From: Massalongia carnosa
Taxonomy: Eukaryota
Reading direction: 5' to 3'
DNA length: 64,000 nt
NCBI GenBank assembly: GCA_965645245.1
Contig: OZ287070.1
Location: forward strand, 2,976,001 to 3,040,000
The notes under the pieces are model-generated. The model was not told where the DNA came from and ran no database searches. It saw only the letters and a program-made list of their open reading frames with translations. Made by a program: the position numbers and the translations under genes. How positions within the stretch are numbered: position 1 is the first letter of the stretch; each line of letters begins with the position of its first letter. Positions 59,259 through 64,000 of this stretch are shown here, piece after piece.

Positions 59259-62200
59259 GTCGCCCCCGAAGACGTTCAGAAGGGGTCCCTGTGTCGATTT
59301 CAGCCTTTTCTCTCTCAGAAGATTCGTTAGACGGTAGACATTGTGTCATATCTATAGCACTCTCTGTGGAAAATCGAGTTATACACACCCATGCTTTGAT
59401 TGATTGCGGTGCCTCGGGCTACGCATTCATTGATTCATCCTTCGCGCGAAACAATTCCCTGCCTTTCACCCCTCTTGTCCGTCCTCGTATCCTCGAAGTA
59501 GTCGATGGTCGCCCCGCGGCGGCCGGAAAACTTACTCATCTGATCAAGTCAAGGATGCGAATAAACCGTCATTCCGAGCAAGGCTCGTTCTTAGTTACCC
59601 AACTGGGTCATTATCCTGTCGTCCTGGGAGTCAAGTGGCTTCAAATTCATGACCCCTCCGTCAGCTGGACTGAAAATACCCTGACCTTCTCGTCCACGTA
59701 CTGTTTCCAGGAGTGTTTAGAGAATAAACACGTCCCTCTTGTCATTTCTGGCCTTCCTGATCCATCTGAAGGGACTCCTGAGTCCGCTTCGTCCCTGTCC
59801 TTGAAAACCGTCGAATCACGCAAGAACGAGGTCTCTTGTATGAAAACTCCTGAAACCCTGAAAGTCAGTGAGAACAAGGTCTCTCGCTCGACTCCTAGAA
59901 CTCTCGAAGTCAGTGTATTAAACGCTCCTTCAAGTCCTGAATCCCGAACACTTCTTGAGCCACCGATCTCGAACGCACGACCAATGACGGTCTGCACGGA
60001 ATCTCCCGATCCCTCACCTATGAGCATTTACATGGTTGGAGCCGCTCCATTCTCGACCCTGATGAAGGACCGGAAGAACGAAATCTTCACCGCTTCCATG
60101 TATGAAATTGACAAAGCCCTTGAACAACTCAGAAATCCGAGAGAGAAAGTCAATCTCTCCGCCTCGTCCCTCGAAGATATCGCCAAGTCCTTGAAGCCCA
60201 AGAAAATCATCGATCCCGCCAGTATAGTGCCCGTGGAATTTCACGATCTTCTAGACGTCTTCTCCAAGCAAGAAGCCGATAAACTACCCCCGCACCGCTC
60301 CTACGATCATAAAATCGTTCTCAAGGAAGGAGCCATACCCTCGTCAGGCCCGCTGTACAAGATGTCAGCTCCTGAACTACTAGTCTTGCAGAAATACTTG
60401 AAAGAAAACCTAGCCAAAGGATTTATTCGTGCCAGCTCCTCGCCCTGCTCCTCGCCCGTGTTATTCGCCCGAAAACCGTCGGGAGGACTGCGTTTCTGTG
60501 TAGACTATCGAGCTCTGAACGCGATCACGATCAAGAATCGCTATCCAATACCACTGATTCAAGAAACACTAGATCGTCTTGCCAAGGCCATGATTTTCTC
60601 TAAGTTTGACATCATCGCGGCTTTCAACAAGCTACGAATGCAGAGCGGGCAAGAATGGATGACCGCTTTCAAGACCAGGTACGGTCTCTTCGAATATGAA
60701 GTATTGCCTTTCGGACTTTCAGGGGGGCCCGGCTCCTTTCAGCACTATATCAACGACGTTCTTCGAGAATATTTAGATGCCTTTTGCACCGCCTATATCG
60801 ACGACATTCTTGTATACAGTAAATCAAAGAAGGAACACAAGATTCACGTAAGAAAAGTTCTTGAAGCTCTGAGGTCCGCAGGTCTGCAACTGGACATAGA
60901 AAAGTGTGAATTCTTCGTCACGGAAACCACTTACCTGGGACTTATCATTTCGGACAAAGGAATCAAGATGGACCCACGAAAAGTTCAGACGATCAAGGAC
61001 TGGATAACACCCAAGAACATTAAGGATATTCAAGCTTTCGTGGGCTTCGCAAATTTCTATAGACGCTTCGTCAAGGGTTTCTCAGCCATTGCCTCGCCCC
61101 TGATCAAACTGACGAAAAAGGGGACCGTGTTCTCTTGGAACTCCGAGTGTGAGGCCGCGTTTCAAAGGCTAAAAAACGCATTTGTTAGCGATCTCATTCT
61201 GATGCATTTCGATCCTGAAAAGAAAATCGTGGTAGAAGTTGACGCTTCCGACTGGGTAGTGGGGGGTGTACTCTCACAGTACGATGACGAGGGAGTTCTA
61301 CGCCCTGTAGCCTTCTTCTCGAAAAAACACGCCCCCGCGGAAATCAATTACGAGATCTATGACAAGGAACTCATGGCCATCATTCGAGCTTTCGAGGAAT
61401 GGAGATCCGAGCTCGAAGGAGCCGCCTTTCCTATTCAAGTCATTTCTGATCATAAGAATCTCGAATACTTCATGACAACGAAACAGCTCAGTCGTCGTCA
61501 AGCACGCTGGTCCGAGTATCTCTCCCGCTTCGATTTCCAGATCATGTACCGCCCAGGGAAAAGCGGTGGAAAACCCGACGCCCTGACTAGAAGGTCTCAA
61601 GACCTACCGAAGGGGGAGGATGATCCACGGATAAAAATTCAACATCAAGTGGTCTTGAAACCTCGAAATCTTGAACTTCTAGCGAACGGATTAGCAGATG
61701 AACCTCTCGAAGAAAATGTTGAAGCCTCGGAACAAAGTGAACCTCTGGAAATCGCCTCAGATCAGGATGAAATCAAGACCTTGGAAGAATTATGGCAAGA
61801 AGCATTGGAAAAGGACCTCTTTCCGATGAGAATTCTGGAATTATTACGATCAGGTGCTAGACACTCCAAGGAAATCTCGCTGGCAGAGTGCACAGAGATG
61901 GATGGCCGACTGCACTATCGAGGAAAGATATACGTTCCGGACTCACACGCCCTGAAGATGAGACTTTGCAAGTCCGTTCACGATAGCCCTGTAGCCGGTC
62001 ATCCCGGTCGAGCCAAGACCTTTGATCTTCTGCAACGTCACTATTACTGGCCACGATTCTATCAGTTCGTAGCAAGGTACGTGCAACATTGTCAAGTTTG
62101 TGCAAGAAGCAAGCCCTCTCGTCAAGGAAAAATGGGAGTCTTGAAACCGTTACCCGTCCCGGAGCGCCGCTGGCAAGATATTTCGATGGACTTCGTGACT

Positions 62201-63235
62201 GGGCTTCCAGAAAGTAGTGGGTTCGACGCCATATTAGTGGTGGTCGATCGTCTATCGAAACGACGGCACTTCTCTCCATGCCTCACCACGATCAATGCTC
62301 AGGAACTGGCTGAACTCTTTCTTCGAGATATTTGGAAACTACACGGGTTGCCGAGCACCGTAGTATCGGATCGTGGAGTGCTCTTTGTATCGGAATTTTG
62401 GAAAAAGCTCTGTCAACTACTGGGTATCAAGAGCCTGTTATCAACGGCCTTCCATCCAGAAACGGACGGTCAAACCGAGCGAGTAAACGCCTCCATGGAA
62501 CAATACCTTCGAAGCTACACGGACTATCTTCAAGACGATTGGGCAAGTTGGTTACCCATGGCAGAATTCACAGGGAACAATGTAGTGTCCGAGACGACTG
62601 GGTGCAGCCCATTCCTGGCCGAGATGGGATTTCATCCGAGAATGGGATTCGAATCGATTGAGCCCTCTCGATCCCTAGCCAGTCTAAACGCAGGGGAGTT
62701 CGCCAAGAAGATGCAAGATATCTCGTCCGTGCTACAGGAAGAGATGAAGTTCGCGCAAGCCAGGTACGAGACTGGAGCCAATGAACATCGTGTACCAGCA
62801 CCAAGTTACCAAGCAGGAGACGAAGTATGGTTGAGTACTAAGAACATCCGTACTCAAAGACCTGCTCGAAAGCTTGACTGGAAAAATCTGGGTCCATTCA
62901 AGATATCTAAGGTGGTAAGCAAATACGCGTATCAACTCGAGCTGCCCCCCGGCATGAAAATTCATCCTGTGTTCCACGTATCCCTTCTCTCGCCCGTGCC
63001 GCAACACCCTCATCCCGATCACATCCCCCCTCCCGCACCACCTATTGAAGTCGAAGGCGAAGAAGAATACGAGGTTGAAGAAATTCTAGACTCCAAGAAA
63101 TTTCGAAACCGCCTAAAGTACCTGGTGCAATGGACGGGCTGGAACGACCCCACCTGGGAGTATGCTGAGTATGTTACTAACGCCAAGGAAAGGGTAGCAG
63201 AATTTCATCAACGATACCCAGCCAAGCCACGATAG
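59234..63235 (+). CDS. Gypsy pol (PR, RT, RH, INT, chromodomain), -1 frame relative to gag
   Basis: LIDCGAS, AYIDD, VDASD, HPETDGQTER and EYEVEEILDS..YLVQWTGW. Open frame from GGAAAAC at 59234. Confidence 0.95.
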   Translation, partial: GKRVVFGLSRPRRRSEGVPVSISAFSLSEDSLDGRHCVISIALSVENRVIHTHALIDCGASGYAFIDSSFARNNSLPFTPLVRPRILEVVDGRPAAAGKLTHLIKSRMRINRHSEQGSFLVTQLGHYPVVLGVKWLQIHDPSVSWTENTLTFSSTYCFQECLENKHVPLVISGLPDPSEGTPESASSLSLKTVESRKNEVSCMKTPETLKVSENKVSRSTPRTLEVSVLNAPSSPESRTLLEPPISNARPMTVCTESPDPSPMSIYMVGAAPFSTLMKDRKNEIFTASMYEIDKALEQLRNPREKVNLSASSLEDIAKSLKPKKIIDPASIVPVEFHDLLDVFSKQEADKLPPHRSYDHKIVLKEGAIPSSGPLYKMSAPELLVLQKYLKENLAKGFIRASSSPCSSPVLFARKPSGGLRFCVDYRALNAITIKNRYPIPLIQETLDRLAKAMIFSKFDIIAAFNKLRMQSGQEWMTAFKTRYGLFEYEVLPFGLSGGPGSFQHYINDVLREYLDAFCTAYIDDILVYSKSKKEHKIHVRKVLEALRSAGLQLDIEKCEFFVTETTYLGLIISDKGIKMDPRKVQTIKDWITPKNIKDIQAFVGFANFYRRFVKGFSAIASPLIKLTKKGTVFSWNSECEAAFQRLKNAFVSDLILMHFDPEKKIVVEVDASDWVVGGVLSQYDDEGVLRPVAFFSKKHAPAEINYEIYDKELMAIIRAFEEWRSELEGAAFPIQVISDHKNLEYFMTTKQLSRRQARWSEYLSRFDFQIMYRPGKSGGKPDALTRRSQDLPKGEDDPRIKIQHQVVLKPRNLELLANGLADEPLEENVEASEQSEPLEIASDQDEIKTLEELWQEALEKDLFPMRILELLRSGARHSKEISLAECTEMDGRLHYRGKIYVPDSHALKMRLCKSVHDSPVAGHPGRAKTFDLLQRHYYWPRFYQFVARYVQHCQVCARSKPSRQGKMGVLKPLPVPERRWQDISMDFVTGLPESSGFDAILVVVDRLSKRRHFSPCLTTINAQELAELFLRDIWKLHGLPSTVVSDRGVLFVSEFWKKLCQLLGIKSLLSTAFHPETDGQTERVNASMEQYLRSYTDYLQDDWASWLPMAEFTGNNVVSETTGCSPFLAEMGFHPRMGFESIEPSRSLASLNAGEFAKKMQDISSVLQEEMKFAQARYETGANEHRVPAPSYQAGDEVWLSTKNIRTQRPARKLDWKNLGPFKISKVVSKYAYQLELPPGMKIHPVFHVSLLSPVPQHPHPDHIPPPAPPIEVEGEEEYEVEEILDSKKFRNRLKYLVQWTGWNDPTWEYAEYVTNAKERVAEFHQRYPAKPR

Positions 63236-64000
63236 CTCACACCCTGAAGCTATAAAGCCTGCGTGGAAGCAGGCCTTGAAGGGGGAGCTACTGTCATGGT
63301 GTGAGCGCGAGATGCTCTGCTAAGCGATACCTCCCGACACGCTAAATGTTTTAGGTATCGCGTTAGCCTTAGTGGGGAGCTAACCGCATTCAGGTAAGGA
63401 AATGGGTTCCGGGAGTTACATGGAAAATCTCTGCAGCAATTGATGCTTTCTTCCTTGTGTTCGTCTTGTCTATCTAGTATAGTCATAGCTAGCAATGCCA
63501 CCACCTTCACCACCTGAATAGGCCCCCCCGTTGCCGCCTCGTCACAACAACGATCTGAAGCACTATTTCAACTGTCCATGTTCACCTGATTTGGCCCCCA
63601 TAGAAAATTGCTGGCAGGCCCCGAAGCAATATTTAAAAAAATATCCTCATTGGGATGATGATACGACCAAGGGGCTAATTTATGAGGGGTGGGCGAACGT
63701 TTCCCAGGCATTTATCAATGAACGGGTGTCTACTATGCCAGATAGATTGAGAGCTGTTTTGGATGGTGAGGGTAAAATGACTGGTTATTGAATAGATTGA
63801 ATGAATTGGATGACTGGTTGTTGAAATGGTGATTATCCCATCAAAATTGTATGGAAATTGCTTGTGTTTTGGTGGGGGGTTGAACCCGGTTAAATTTTGG
63901 TGTAGTTTTTTTTTTGTCCCCCGCGTGCCCTCTTGGTTAGCGAGCTCCTGATCGCTGTCATGTGATTAGCTTCGGTCGCGGCTTCTTTGGATATTTCCGA

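Larger units (their letters stand above)
57695..63546 (+). mobile_element. Intact Ty3/Gypsy chromovirus
   Basis: 255-bp LTRs at 57695-57949 and 63292-63546, identical by eye. ACAAC TSD and PPT GAAGGGGGAG. Confidence 0.97.
56849..63791 (+). pseudogene. Tc1-like transposase split by the Gypsy at 57695-63546
   Basis: VRFSDEVHF, VLEEDGDSGH and SPDLAPIENCW. TAG at 57596-57598. The frame rejoins across the ACAAC TSD. Confidence 0.9.
56743..63927 (+). mobile_element. Tc1-like (DD37E) DNA transposon with a nested Gypsy
   Basis: 96-bp TIRs at 56743-56838 and 63832-63927, flanked by a CCCTC direct repeat. Confidence 0.9.

Noticed and set aside
59647..63022. Numerous antisense or alternate-frame ORFs over pol genes (also 6414-9505, 42740-44712 and 51933-53877)
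   Set aside because: Shadow ORFs of long coding regions with no independent evidence.

Overview
Fungal (ascomycete-type introns and TE families) genomic DNA. It consists of one probable host gene at the left edge, a patatin-domain gene that appears to continue into an NLR-type NB-ARC domain off-window, followed by about 62 kb of deeply nested transposable elements. Most nesting can be resolved from target-site duplications (TSDs). (1) A Crypton tyrosine-recombinase DNA transposon is split by a pogo/Fot1 element, which itself holds a near-intact Copia and solo LTRs. (2) A tyrosine-recombinase (DIRS/Ngaro-type) retrotransposon is split by a Copia, which contains a 1-kb solo LTR, which contains a hAT. 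(3) Also present are a chromovirus Gypsy with a second pogo inside, a Mutator, a 5'-truncated Gypsy with an extra ORF, and a Tc1-like element carrying an intact Gypsy with identical LTRs. Best novelty candidates: (a) a 637-bp non-coding poly(A) retroposon at 4525-5161 whose first 72 nt fold by eye into an HDV-like self-cleaving ribozyme; (b) a Tc1-like DD37E transposon with CACG...CGTG ends and a 5-bp TSD instead of TA. All calls come from reading the sequence; no searches or folding programs were run.
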